NCBI GenBank assembly: GCA_002454955.1
Contig: DKJY01000109.1
Coordinates: 1,249-65,248 of the forward strand
Length of the DNA: 64,000 bases
Direction of reading: 5' to 3'
DNA from: Bacteroidales bacterium UBA6680
GTDB lineage: Bacteria; Bacteroidota; Bacteroidia; Bacteroidales; UBA6680
Shown here: one piece after another, positions 21,788-31,690 of the stretch
Position numbering within the stretch: position 1 is the stretch's first letter
Layout of the letters: each line of letters begins with the position of its first letter
Notes under the pieces: model-generated
What the model saw: the letters and a program-made list of their open reading frames with translations, nothing else
Database searches by the model: none
What the model was told of the DNA's origin: nothing
Made by a program: the position numbers and the translations under genes

Positions 21788-22109
21788 ATAACGATCATAT
21801 ATAACAATTTGTATAAACAGAGATATTGCTCATTATTAAATATCCATAAAAGATGTGGAATAGAAAGAAAACAGCTAATAATATAGGTATTTATGACTAT
21901 GAATAAAAATAATCTCCAAAAAATATTTTTTTGACTATTTGTAGATGTCTATATTTTGTTAATAGCTTGTTTTTCAGGCGTTATTATAGGTGTGTGTATA
22001 TATCAATTACTACACAAAATGCTAGTTGTAGTAGCGGTGTTGATCATTGTTAGAATGAGGGTTTGATAAATAGACTTTTATTTGTGACGAACCTAAAAAT
22101 GTTATTGAT

Positions 22110-25100
22110 ATGATTAGAAAAGTTACTTTGTTTACTTTCCTACTTATGCTCTCAATTTTTGCCAATGCGCAGAAATTAGTAAATGAGAGTTTCGAGTCCG
22201 GAACTATTCCGGCTACGTGGAAAGTTATAGACAATAACTCTGATACCTACAAATGGTATGCTAAAAAAGGGAGTTATGTTGCCAATGATGGTCTTTGGGG
22301 CATCGAGGTAAGAAATGATACAGGATTTGATGATTATATTATCTCTCCTGAATTTACAGTATCAGAAGGTGCTGTTTTAAGCTTTGGAGCACGTACATCA
22401 TTTGGTGACGGTGCTTTTAAGGTGATGGTATCTAAAGGCGGTCAACTTTTATCTGGCTTAACAATTGAGTTAGGTAGTGAGGATGCCGTAAAAAATACCT
22501 GGAAAGTATATGAGTATGTTCTTACTGATCATGCTGATATCTCAGCTGGTGATAAAATATGCTTTGCACTATGGGCTGATCCAAGAAACACAACTTGGTT
22601 AAGAGCTGATAACTTTGTTGTAGAAGTCCCTGCTACTAATCCTATTGCAGAGGTAAATAATACAACTGTTAATCTTACGGCAGAGAATGGTTTTTCTGCA
22701 ACATCTGCAAATGTAGTTCTATCAAATACTGGTAAAGATGGACTTACAATTACAGGAGTTACTGATTTAGCAGGATCTCCATTTACAACTACACTTACAG
22801 CAGCAGAAGCAGCTAAGGTAAATCTTAATAAAGGAGAGAGTACTTCTTTTACATTTACGTTTGAACCTACTGCCGAGAATACAACGAATAAAGATTTTGT
22901 AATAAATACGAATGGTGGAGATATTACAGTTAAATTAACTGGTATAGGAACTGCTAAAGTTGCTGCAGTTACAAATATTGAAGAAGGATTTGAAGGAGTT
23001 GGATTACCTTCAAACTGGTCTCTATTTGATGGAAATGGTGATGGTAAAACATGGATTGTATCATCAAGCAGACCAAATTCAGGAACTCAGTCTATGGAGG
23101 CTAAGAGATCAACTGTAGCAAATGATGAGTGGTTAATCTCTCCACGTGTTGAGGTTAAGAAAAACTCTATGTTGGTATTCTATGCAAAATCAAGCTACAG
23201 ATGGAATAATGATCATATAGAGGTGTTACTTTCTAAAACAGGTAGAAACACTTCAACAGACTTTACTGTTGAGTTAGTTGCAAAAGAGAAAGTTCCTTCG
23301 TCAGCATATAAAAAATATGAAATTGATCTTTCTACAGTTGCAGGTGTATCTGAAGGAGATGAAGTTATTATTGCGGTTAAATCTGTATCAGGATCAGGAT
23401 CTTATTCACTTTACGTTGATGATTTCTCTGTTACACCACCTCCTCCAATGACTTTGAACAACAAGGTTTGGAATGTACAAGCAGATGTTAATACAACAGT
23501 TAACTCTGGTAATATATTTGAGGTTACTAATAATACAGAGAATGAGATAACAATAAATAGTGTTACTGATCTTTCAGCTACACCGTTTACTACAACTGTT
23601 GCTGCTGCACAGAAGATAGCTGTTGGTGGTAAGATTACATTTGGTATTTCATATGCACCTACAACAGAAGGTGATAATGTAATTGATATGGTTATTGCAA
23701 CAACTGCTGGTGATGTTACTGTTAAACTTAATGGTAAAGCTAATGCTAAGCAGACAGCTGTTGAGACTATAAATGAGGATTTTGAGTCTGGAACGTTAGC
23801 TGCTAACTGGAAGATTGTAAATAATAATGGTGATGCTAATACATGGGAGTTTAATAGTTCTTCATTGTATGTAATTGATGGTGATAAATCGTTAGTTATT
23901 AAGCAGAGCTCAAGTGAAATACATGACGATTGGTTAATACTACCACTACTTAAAGTTAAAAATGAGAACAAACTTAAGGTTTGGTTCCAGGCTAAGAATG
24001 ATGATGTTACTGAGAAAGTTAATATTTTTGCTTCAAAAACAGGATACAACCCTGCTGATTTTACAATTAAGCTGAAGGAAAACTATAATGCATCAAGAAC
24101 AGCGGGTTATGTAACAATTGATCTTTCTGGACATGCAGATATTAATGTTGATGATGAGATATATATCGCAATTCAATCAGTTGGAAAACCGTCTACATCA
24201 TCTCTTAAGAATTCAACATCTGTTGATAATATAACTGTTGCACCATTGAGTGATAAGGCAGAAATTACATTCCTTTCATTCCCAGGACAGCTTGAAACAA
24301 CCGATATAAATAAAGATACAAAAGTTATTACTGCTGAGGTTCCTTATGCTACAGATTTAACAACTATAAAACCTTATGTTGGTGTATCTCCATTTGCAAC
24401 AGCAGTTATACCTGACGATGCAGACTTTAGTGGTGATGTTATTATTAAGGTAACTGCAGAAAACGGTACTGTAGTAGATTGGACTGTTAAAACAACAAAG
24501 ACAGCACCTTCAACTGAGAAGATGATTACAAAGATGTTCTTATTCCCTCAGGCAGGAACAACTGTTCTTAACGAAGGAGCTAAGACTGTATTAATGTATG
24601 CACCTACAGGTGCTGGTCTTACTAAAATAGCACCAAGAGTAATTGTATCAAAATTTGCTAAGGTAAGCCCGGCAACAATGTTGATGCAGGATTTCTCTTC
24701 AGGACCAGTAACATATACTGTTACGGCACAGGACGGTTCTACTCAGGAATATGTTGTTACTGTAGAGTTAGCTCCTTCTGATAAAGCTATTACTGCATTT
24801 ACTATTCCTAATCAGATTGGTGAGACTGTTATTACAGAAGCTGATAAAACTATTTTAGTTAAAATGCCAGCTGGAACGGATGTTACTGCATTAATTCCTG
24901 CAATAACTACTACAAAACAGGCAACTACAGCGCCTGAAACAGGTGTAGCTACAGATTTTACAAACCCTGTTGTTTATACAGTAACAGCGTTAGATGAATC
25001 TACACAAACTTACACAGTGACTGTTGAAGAGGTAACTCAATCAACAGAGAATAAGATATTGACATTTACTGTACCAAACCAGATTGGTGACGCAGTAATA

Positions 25101-28100
25101 TCTAATGACGATCCTAAAACTGTTAAGGTTGTTGTTCCTAGAGATACAGATCTATCTAGAATACTTCCTGCAATAACTATATCTGATAATGCTAAGATTA
25201 GTCCTGCAACAAATGTAATTACTGACTTTGCTGCTGGTGCTGTTAATTATACAGTTACAGCTGAAAATGGTGATGTTGCTTCATATGCTGTTACAGTTGA
25301 ACATACAGATTCTCCAGAAGGTCTATTTGAAGGTTTTGAATCAGGTGCACTTCCTGATGGTTGGAAAACTTACGATGAGGATGGTAACGGTAAGTCTTGG
25401 TTTGTAATGGAGTATCCTAAATACCAAGGTAAATATGGTATTAAGACAAAACGTAATGAGAGCGGAAGCGACGATTGGTTAGTAACACCAAAGGTACGTG
25501 TTAGAGCTGGTGATATCTTCTCATTCTTTGCACGTTCGTCTGCAACTAAATTCTTAGAGACATTTAATGTTAAAATATCTAAAGCAACAAATGCTGTAGC
25601 AGACTTTACAACAGTTGTAGCAGAGGATGTAGTAGCAAAAACTGTTGACAGAGAGTTTACAGAGTACAAATATAAATTAGAAGATATTGCTGGTATTGAT
25701 GTTGGTGATGAGATCTATATAGCTATTCAGGTAACATCTGTTGATAAAGGAGAAATGCATATAGATAATATATCTGTTGCTCCTGCTCCTGTTGTTCCTG
25801 AGATAGAGCTTGTTTACAAGAAGTTCTGGACATCTGTAGCAAAAGTTAATGAGACAAAAACATCTGTTGATTATGTTATTAAGAATAAATTAGCAGGTAC
25901 ACTTACTATAACAGGAGTTACTGATCTTACAGGAACCCCATTTACTACTACACTAGATAAAGATGCAGTTAGTCTTGCTGCGGGTGAAGAGGCTAAATTT
26001 ACATTCTCATTCAACCCAACTGCACCAGGTGAGTACACTCAACGTTTTGCAATTGAGAGTAACGGTGGTACTGTAACAATTGATCTTTCTGGTTATGCTG
26101 CACCAGAGCACGCATATCATGAGAGTTTTGAGGTTGAGGCAGAGTATGCTGATTGGGAAACTGTAGATAATGATGGTGATACGCATAACTGGCGTCCTTA
26201 TAAGCAGGATCCTGTTTATTCACCAGATCTTGCACATACCGGAGAGCATATTGTATTCTCTGAGTCTGCACTTCTTGTTGGTGGTCCTGTTTCACCAGAA
26301 AACTGGTTAATTACTCCACGTGTAATTGTTGCTGATGGCGATAAATTAGCATTCTGGGTAGCAGCAGTTTCTGATGTTTCATACCAGGAAAAATACACAG
26401 TTAAACTGTCTGAGAATTCTAAAAAACTGACAGACTTTACTGAGGAACTTGTTCCTTTAACTGAGCTTACAACAAACAAGTGGAGAAAAGTTGAGGTTGA
26501 TCTTTCTGCTTACAAAGGAAAGCGTGTTTATATTGCAATTATACATACAGGTGTTTCTAATGTTTCGCAGCTAATGGTTGATGACGTAATTACCCCTGCA
26601 TTATATGTTCCTACAAAACCAGATATGATTGTGGTGAACCCAAGACCTGAGTATACAATGATACCTAAGTCACAGGCTAACTTCACATTTAAAACTAAGG
26701 TTTACAATGGAGGTACAGAACTAACAGATCCTCTAAAAGTTAACTTTAGTGTTGAGGGAATTTCATTCTCTACAGATACAGACCTTGTTGTTCCATTTGC
26801 TCCTAAAACAGCACAGAATATCACTGCAAAAGAGGTTTATACAGCAACAGCTAAAGGTAAATTCACAATGGTTGCTAATGTTGATTATCCTGGTGATGAC
26901 GATATTGCAACAAACACATATAAGACAGTTTACGAAGTGTCTGACTCTACTATGGCACGTGAAGATGGTGTATCTACAAACTTTACAAAAGCTAAAGGTG
27001 ATGGAGAGCTTGCACTTATGTACGAGTTGAATAAGAAAGATACAATTAGTTCTGTTTCGTTAATGTTAGTTACTGAGCCAAAAGCTGATGGTTCTGGATT
27101 TAATCAAACTAATACAAAGGTTGGAATTAAGATCTATAAGTTTGATGGTAATGAGCCAACAGAGCTTGTTTACGAAGAGGATAGAGTTAACCTTGTTAGT
27201 GAAGGTAAAACATGGCATACAATTCCATTCTATGAGCACACTATTCTTGAGCCAGGTAAATATCTGTTCTCAGTGGTTAATACAACAGAGAATGGTCAGG
27301 TTCTTAAACTATCTTTAACAGAGAATATTTATACTTCAAACACTGTATTTGTACAGAATGGTGGTGTATGGAAATCTCTTGATAAGATTAACGAAGAGAA
27401 TGATAAGAATTATGAATTTACATTCATGATTCGTCCAAACACTCTTAATGGTAAAACATTTAAGAAAGCTACAAAATCAGATCTTATTGTAACAGCAAAT
27501 ACTCCAGAGTATATATCAACACCATTGTCACAAGCATCGTTTAATTTCAGTGCTAAGGTTGTTAATAAGGGGGCTGATCTTACCAAGGCACAGAATGTCA
27601 ACTTCTCTGTAGAGGGTACAAGCTACTCTAACGATGTAGCACTTACAGTACCGTTTGCTAAAAAGGCAGAGCAGAGTGTTGCTACTACTGAAGCATTTGT
27701 TCCTACTAAGGCTAAAGAGTACAATGTAATTGTTAATGCTGATCTTGCAACTGATGCAGATAAGTCAAACAATAAAGCTCAGTTTAAGATTGCTGTATCT
27801 GACTCTATTATGGCACGTGAAGATGGTTCACTACAAAGAATACTTCCTTCAAATGAGAAGATTGATATGTTCTTTGGTGTAGCACACGATGTTGTTGTTA
27901 AAGATACACTTACATCTGTAACATTTGCTCTTGCATCATTTAATACAGATGATGATCCTGTAGAGACTACAGCAATACTTGATATCAAGATATATAAGAA
28001 GAATGCAAAAGATACTACACTTGTTAAAGAGGTAAAAGATCTTTCATTCAAAACAACAGGTACAAAGTGGCATACTGCATATCTTGGAAAAAAGGTTGTA

Positions 28101-28562
28101 CTTGAGCCAGGTAGATATTTTATTGGTTTTAAAGATAGAAAAGGCCAGGCTATTCAGATACCATTACACGACAAGTACTTTACTGAGAACACATGTGTAT
28201 TCCATAATAGTCTTGGAGCATGGTTCCCACTTGAGAAGGTACTTAAGATAAACGCTACTGTAATGGTACGTGCTAACTTTGGTAATACAGGAGAAACTAA
28301 AGTTACACCGCCAACAGATATTAATAATGTTGAAACTCTTTCTGTTAAGGTTTATCCTAACCCAACAACAAGTAATGTTGTGGTTGAGGGAGCAGAAGAT
28401 GCAAATGTTTATCTGTTAAATAGCGCTGGAGTTGTTGTTTATAATACTTACTCGTCTGATGATAAAGTAACTATTAACTCTGAATCATATCCAAACGGAG
28501 TTTACTTTATTAAAGTAATGAAAGACGGTAAGCAACATATGGAAAAAGTTGTTTTCCTATAA
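22110..28562 (+). CDS. Larger paralogous T9SS-secreted modular adhesin-like protein (5 cleaved-adhesin, 3 ASH/Ig-like, 4 DUF5018-like, duplicated pre-CTD module, type A CTD)
   Basis: Signal peptide ANA-Q; collinear with 17909-21667 (ESFESGTIPATWKVI vs EGFESGTIPVEWKVI; NTGKDGL; GSYSLYVDDF); DWL(I/V)(S/T)P motifs; CTD VKVYPNPTTS..NGVYFIKV..EKVVFL. Confidence 0.9.
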   Translation: MIRKVTLFTFLLMLSIFANAQKLVNESFESGTIPATWKVIDNNSDTYKWYAKKGSYVANDGLWGIEVRNDTGFDDYIISPEFTVSEGAVLSFGARTSFGDGAFKVMVSKGGQLLSGLTIELGSEDAVKNTWKVYEYVLTDHADISAGDKICFALWADPRNTTWLRADNFVVEVPATNPIAEVNNTTVNLTAENGFSATSANVVLSNTGKDGLTITGVTDLAGSPFTTTLTAAEAAKVNLNKGESTSFTFTFEPTAENTTNKDFVINTNGGDITVKLTGIGTAKVAAVTNIEEGFEGVGLPSNWSLFDGNGDGKTWIVSSSRPNSGTQSMEAKRSTVANDEWLISPRVEVKKNSMLVFYAKSSYRWNNDHIEVLLSKTGRNTSTDFTVELVAKEKVPSSAYKKYEIDLSTVAGVSEGDEVIIAVKSVSGSGSYSLYVDDFSVTPPPPMTLNNKVWNVQADVNTTVNSGNIFEVTNNTENEITINSVTDLSATPFTTTVAAAQKIAVGGKITFGISYAPTTEGDNVIDMVIATTAGDVTVKLNGKANAKQTAVETINEDFESGTLAANWKIVNNNGDANTWEFNSSSLYVIDGDKSLVIKQSSSEIHDDWLILPLLKVKNENKLKVWFQAKNDDVTEKVNIFASKTGYNPADFTIKLKENYNASRTAGYVTIDLSGHADINVDDEIYIAIQSVGKPSTSSLKNSTSVDNITVAPLSDKAEITFLSFPGQLETTDINKDTKVITAEVPYATDLTTIKPYVGVSPFATAVIPDDADFSGDVIIKVTAENGTVVDWTVKTTKTAPSTEKMITKMFLFPQAGTTVLNEGAKTVLMYAPTGAGLTKIAPRVIVSKFAKVSPATMLMQDFSSGPVTYTVTAQDGSTQEYVVTVELAPSDKAITAFTIPNQIGETVITEADKTILVKMPAGTDVTALIPAITTTKQATTAPETGVATDFTNPVVYTVTALDESTQTYTVTVEEVTQSTENKILTFTVPNQIGDAVISNDDPKTVKVVVPRDTDLSRILPAITISDNAKISPATNVITDFAAGAVNYTVTAENGDVASYAVTVEHTDSPEGLFEGFESGALPDGWKTYDEDGNGKSWFVMEYPKYQGKYGIKTKRNESGSDDWLVTPKVRVRAGDIFSFFARSSATKFLETFNVKISKATNAVADFTTVVAEDVVAKTVDREFTEYKYKLEDIAGIDVGDEIYIAIQVTSVDKGEMHIDNISVAPAPVVPEIELVYKKFWTSVAKVNETKTSVDYVIKNKLAGTLTITGVTDLTGTPFTTTLDKDAVSLAAGEEAKFTFSFNPTAPGEYTQRFAIESNGGTVTIDLSGYAAPEHAYHESFEVEAEYADWETVDNDGDTHNWRPYKQDPVYSPDLAHTGEHIVFSESALLVGGPVSPENWLITPRVIVADGDKLAFWVAAVSDVSYQEKYTVKLSENSKKLTDFTEELVPLTELTTNKWRKVEVDLSAYKGKRVYIAIIHTGVSNVSQLMVDDVITPALYVPTKPDMIVVNPRPEYTMIPKSQANFTFKTKVYNGGTELTDPLKVNFSVEGISFSTDTDLVVPFAPKTAQNITAKEVYTATAKGKFTMVANVDYPGDDDIATNTYKTVYEVSDSTMAREDGVSTNFTKAKGDGELALMYELNKKDTISSVSLMLVTEPKADGSGFNQTNTKVGIKIYKFDGNEPTELVYEEDRVNLVSEGKTWHTIPFYEHTILEPGKYLFSVVNTTENGQVLKLSLTENIYTSNTVFVQNGGVWKSLDKINEENDKNYEFTFMIRPNTLNGKTFKKATKSDLIVTANTPEYISTPLSQASFNFSAKVVNKGADLTKAQNVNFSVEGTSYSNDVALTVPFAKKAEQSVATTEAFVPTKAKEYNVIVNADLATDADKSNNKAQFKIAVSDSIMAREDGSLQRILPSNEKIDMFFGVAHDVVVKDTLTSVTFALASFNTDDDPVETTAILDIKIYKKNAKDTTLVKEVKDLSFKTTGTKWHTAYLGKKVVLEPGRYFIGFKDRKGQAIQIPLHDKYFTENTCVFHNSLGAWFPLEKVLKINATVMVRANFGNTGETKVTPPTDINNVETLSVKVYPNPTTSNVVVEGAEDANVYLLNSAGVVVYNTYSSDDKVTINSESYPNGVYFIKVMKDGKQHMEKVVFL

Positions 28563-28591
28563 AGAATAGGTTTAGTTTTGTTTTTGTTTAC

Positions 28592-28624
28592 AGGGGTGCC
28601 GAGGTGGACGGCACCCCTTTTTTT
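28592..28624 (+). terminator. Intrinsic terminator after the large adhesin gene
   Basis: AGGGGTGCCG-aggtgga-CGGCACCCCT followed by a T-tract. Confidence 0.92.
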
Positions 28625-28706
28625 GTACCTAACGGTAAAACATTTATATCTTCTATTGACTTTTATCTGTTAATGTCTTAACTTATGTTTTGTATTGTTT
28701 AATTAT

Positions 28707-29327
28707 ATGATTATGAGAAAGTCAATATTCAAAACAGTTGATAGATGCGAGATACTAATTAGAAGCACAGAACATTCAGGTGTAAGTTCAGGTCTGGGAA
28801 TATACGGCTATACCGAAGACAAAATAGAGGTTGGAATAGTAAAACTGAACAGTGCTCGCCGACTACTTAATAGTAAACAGTTTAGCAATAGTGCTAATAG
28901 AATCTTTATTCTGCGAGAGAGGATAAACGATTACTTTTTACGTGACCTGAAGTTATTTCAGATATCATTTGCTTCACAACCTATGTTAGAGGCCATTATT
29001 CCGCCATATATAAAACAGTACTCATACAGTAGATGGCGAAATACTATTAGGAAATTCTATACAGATATTAACTCAATTCCTGCTGCAATTAAAGCAATTG
29101 AGAACTTATGCTATACCCCAAAAACAATCTCCTACAGATTAAAATTGATCTCTGAGCTTGATAATGTTATTGAATCAGCAACAGAATTTACAGATATCAA
29201 CCAATATATAAACAATTATGCAGTATTGTATGATCTTATTGATTATTGTAATGAACTTGAGATTGTGGCAAAAGAGGTATTTAAAAGGAAATCGTACCTG
29301 TTAAAAACTATGGGGATTTTAAACTAA
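28707..29327 (+). CDS. Hypothetical cytoplasmic all-alpha protein with two internally similar halves
   Basis: ORF of ~206 aa from ATG 28707; no signal peptide; GLGIYGYTEDKI resembles AIENLCYTPKTI; followed by a hairpin/T-tract at 29326-29353. Confidence 0.75.
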   Translation: MIMRKSIFKTVDRCEILIRSTEHSGVSSGLGIYGYTEDKIEVGIVKLNSARRLLNSKQFSNSANRIFILRERINDYFLRDLKLFQISFASQPMLEAIIPPYIKQYSYSRWRNTIRKFYTDINSIPAAIKAIENLCYTPKTISYRLKLISELDNVIESATEFTDINQYINNYAVLYDLIDYCNELEIVAKEVFKRKSYLLKTMGILN

Positions 29328-29358
29328 AAAAGCACCATTTACTGATGCTTTTTATTTG

Positions 29359-29430
29359 TGACCCCAACGGGATTCGAACCCATATCGTCAGAACCGGAAT
29401 CTGAAATTCTATCCATTGAACTATGGGGCC
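29359..29430 (-). tRNA. tRNA-Arg (anticodon CCG)
   Basis: Reverse strand GGCCCCATAGTTCAATGGATAGAATTTCAGATTCCGGTTCTGACGATATGGGTTCGAATCCCGTTGGGGTCA: acceptor GGCCCCA/TGGGGTC, anticodon stem TCAGA/TCTGA with loop TTCCGGT, T-loop GTTCGAATC; CCA not encoded. Confidence 0.96.
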
Positions 29431-29853
29431 AACATATGTTATGCGAATATAGAAAATATATTTGTACCGATATCCTTTTTAGAGTCTGATAATATACCAC
29501 ATCTCACAGTATATGGGCGTAACATACTTATTATATAATAACTAGCATAAAAAATATTAATTAAAATGAGTTTATAGTTATACTTTTTTTGTAATTTAAT
29601 AATAGTTTAAAAATTAGAACCACACATTTGCAAAATGGAAATGGTAAAGATTTATAAAGCACAGGAATAATTAAATATTTTTGATATGATGATATCTGAT
29701 TAAGCTAAATAAGTTGCATCAAGTAAAGTTTGTTGCATTAAGCGTAGTTGAAATGTACAGTTTTAGCGACTTGAACAAACTATTAAAACGAATACAGATA
29801 AAGGCTTTTATGCATAATTAATTAATAAGTTTATCACCTCTAAAGAACATATT

Positions 29854-30702
29854 ATGAAATACTACTTACTAACTTTAGTCCTTCTTATAACATTATCTTC
29901 TGTAAGTTATTCTCAGGATACAATATTTACCAGCAAACAAGATACTATACTGTGCACAATATACGATGTAAAAGAGGGAACTATACTATTTAAAAAGTTT
30001 AATAGTAACCACGACAGAAAAGTTGTAATACCGTTTGATATGGTTACCCGATATTCGTATGGAGAGGTAACACCAGATGATATATATATTGGTAAAAGTT
30101 ATTACCCGAAATTACAGATTGGTGCCGGATATGGTATCTCATATATGTTAAAATCTATAGATAAATCAAATGGTGAAGCCGTAACAGACTATTTAAAAGG
30201 TTTAAAGCAAGGAACAATTATAAATGCATCAGCTTCATATTTTATATATCAATATATGGGTGTTGGAATTAAATATTCAAGAGTAGCATTATCTAATAGT
30301 GTTTCCGGAATTAAGGATATGCCTTTTAAAAGCCTTAAAGAGGATATTGAATCAAATTATATTGGTGTAGCCCTTAATATACGAGTTATGCCTATATCAA
30401 GGATATTTTACCTTAATATGACATACTCTGTAGGATATTTGAGTTATAAAGATACGGGTATAGTTGATGGAGTAGGCTTTGAATATAAAAATAGTGATAT
30501 TGGATACTCTGTAGATATTATGGGAGATATACGAGTATATAAAAAACTGTTTGCCGGAGTTAAGGTTGGTGCAGTTATAGGTTATTTTGAGAAGGATGTA
30601 GAACCAGATGATCCGGCAATTATTGTTGCCAATCTTGATGATAATAAATCTGTTAGTATGTCGAGATTAGATTTTGCTGTCTGCCTGAGGGTTTTTCTGT
30701 GA
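29854..30702 (+). CDS. Exported outer-membrane beta-barrel protein with small N-terminal domain
   Basis: Signal peptide SYS-Q; N-domain QDTIFTSKQDTILCTI; Gly/aromatic alternating strands; ends LRVFL. Confidence 0.75.
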   Translation: MKYYLLTLVLLITLSSVSYSQDTIFTSKQDTILCTIYDVKEGTILFKKFNSNHDRKVVIPFDMVTRYSYGEVTPDDIYIGKSYYPKLQIGAGYGISYMLKSIDKSNGEAVTDYLKGLKQGTIINASASYFIYQYMGVGIKYSRVALSNSVSGIKDMPFKSLKEDIESNYIGVALNIRVMPISRIFYLNMTYSVGYLSYKDTGIVDGVGFEYKNSDIGYSVDIMGDIRVYKKLFAGVKVGAVIGYFEKDVEPDDPAIIVANLDDNKSVSMSRLDFAVCLRVFL

Positions 30703-30871
30703 TACTCTATTGACTATAATTTAAGTGAGCTGGGTTTAAATGTATTCTCTTGTTTTCATGAAATGAGGCATAAGTAAGGTTTTATGGATAAACAGTAACA
30801 ATCTTAATGCGAGTTCCATATGACCTTTAAAAATAGATATATACATGTGCATTTTTTGTATAAAAATTGGA

Positions 30872-31123
30872 TGTATGCGTTATGGAATTTATATGTTACC
30901 TGATCTTATGGTAGCTATTCTTATTGGAACTTGTTAAGAGTTAAATGGAATGTAACAGATTCTATACCGCTCATTAGCTGTTCCATTCTGCTTCACTACT
31001 CTGCAATTATGCTTTATATCCGGGCTATATAGAATGTAAGCTATTCTTACAGGAATATATCTGCTGCAAACAGGAATGGTAAATATTCCATGTTGCTAAT
31101 TTTGTAGGCAACATGGAATATTA
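30872..31123. repeat. Degenerate phased tandem array, 12 x 21 bp, non-coding
   Basis: Cut into 21-mers from 30872, column 7 is C in 11/12 units and column 14 is G in 11/12. RGAAY occupies columns 13-17 in 7 units. Units 3 and 9 are near copies (GCTATTCTTAnnGGAA). Confidence 0.8.
31082..31122. repeat. Perfect 15-bp inverted repeat formed by the two gene-proximal array units
   Basis: AATATTCCATGTTGC-(11 nt)-GCAACATGGAATATT; no clean poly-T tail on either side. Confidence 0.9.
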
Positions 31124-31179
31124 GATAGGATACCCTTATATATCAAAATTAAATTGTTAATAATAAAGGTTCTGAATGG

Positions 31180-31497
31180 TTACTTTCTGCGTTTTCTCAG
31201 CTCTTTTACCAATGGGCTGTTCTTTCCGAGTGTTCCTGAAAGAAGATCCATAATGGCTGATGCATTCTTGTATGCCTTGTCAAGTTTTATATTGGCATCT
31301 TCCTGTGCTTTTCTGGCAACAGCTACTGCATCAATTTGGTAATTCTCAGATTTATCAGATGCCTCTTTATCAGTTTTTAACTCTGTTAGCTTTGCCTCTG
31401 CATTAAAGCCGTTGTCTGATAGAGTATCTATATTACTCTCAAGTGTGGTTAAAACGTGTATAATAAAATCACGTTTTTTTGCTTCTGTTAGAGCCAT
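31180..31497 (-). CDS. Small hypothetical alpha-helical protein with basic C-terminus
   Basis: 105 aa, ATG preceded by an A-rich leader; Ala/Glu/Lys-rich helical pattern; ends LVKELRKRRK. Confidence 0.85.
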   Translation of the reverse strand: MALTEAKKRDFIIHVLTTLESNIDTLSDNGFNAEAKLTELKTDKEASDKSENYQIDAVAVARKAQEDANIKLDKAYKNASAIMDLLSGTLGKNSPLVKELRKRRK

Positions 31498-31690
31498 AGT
31501 AAAAAATTTAAATTAATAAAACAGATGCTATATGTTTCATAAACAGGGTTTATATGAATGTTAATCTATAATTAAGTTACATAAAAAAATATAAACAGAC
31601 AAAAAATATATAATTAAGAGTTAAAAGAGTTGGTACTTTATAAAAAAATAGTTCTCTTTGAATTAACCTATAACAAAGCGTCTATCCAAT

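Noticed and set aside
18181-28051. Numerous antisense and alternative-frame ORFs inside the adhesin genes, including the 212-aa ORF at 23411-24049
   Set aside because: These are expected from codon bias in long genes; they show no recognisable motifs or independent expression signals.
30872-31123. CRISPR array interpretation of the 21-bp array
   Set aside because: There are no identical 23-47 bp repeats separated by unique spacers, and no cas genes in the window.
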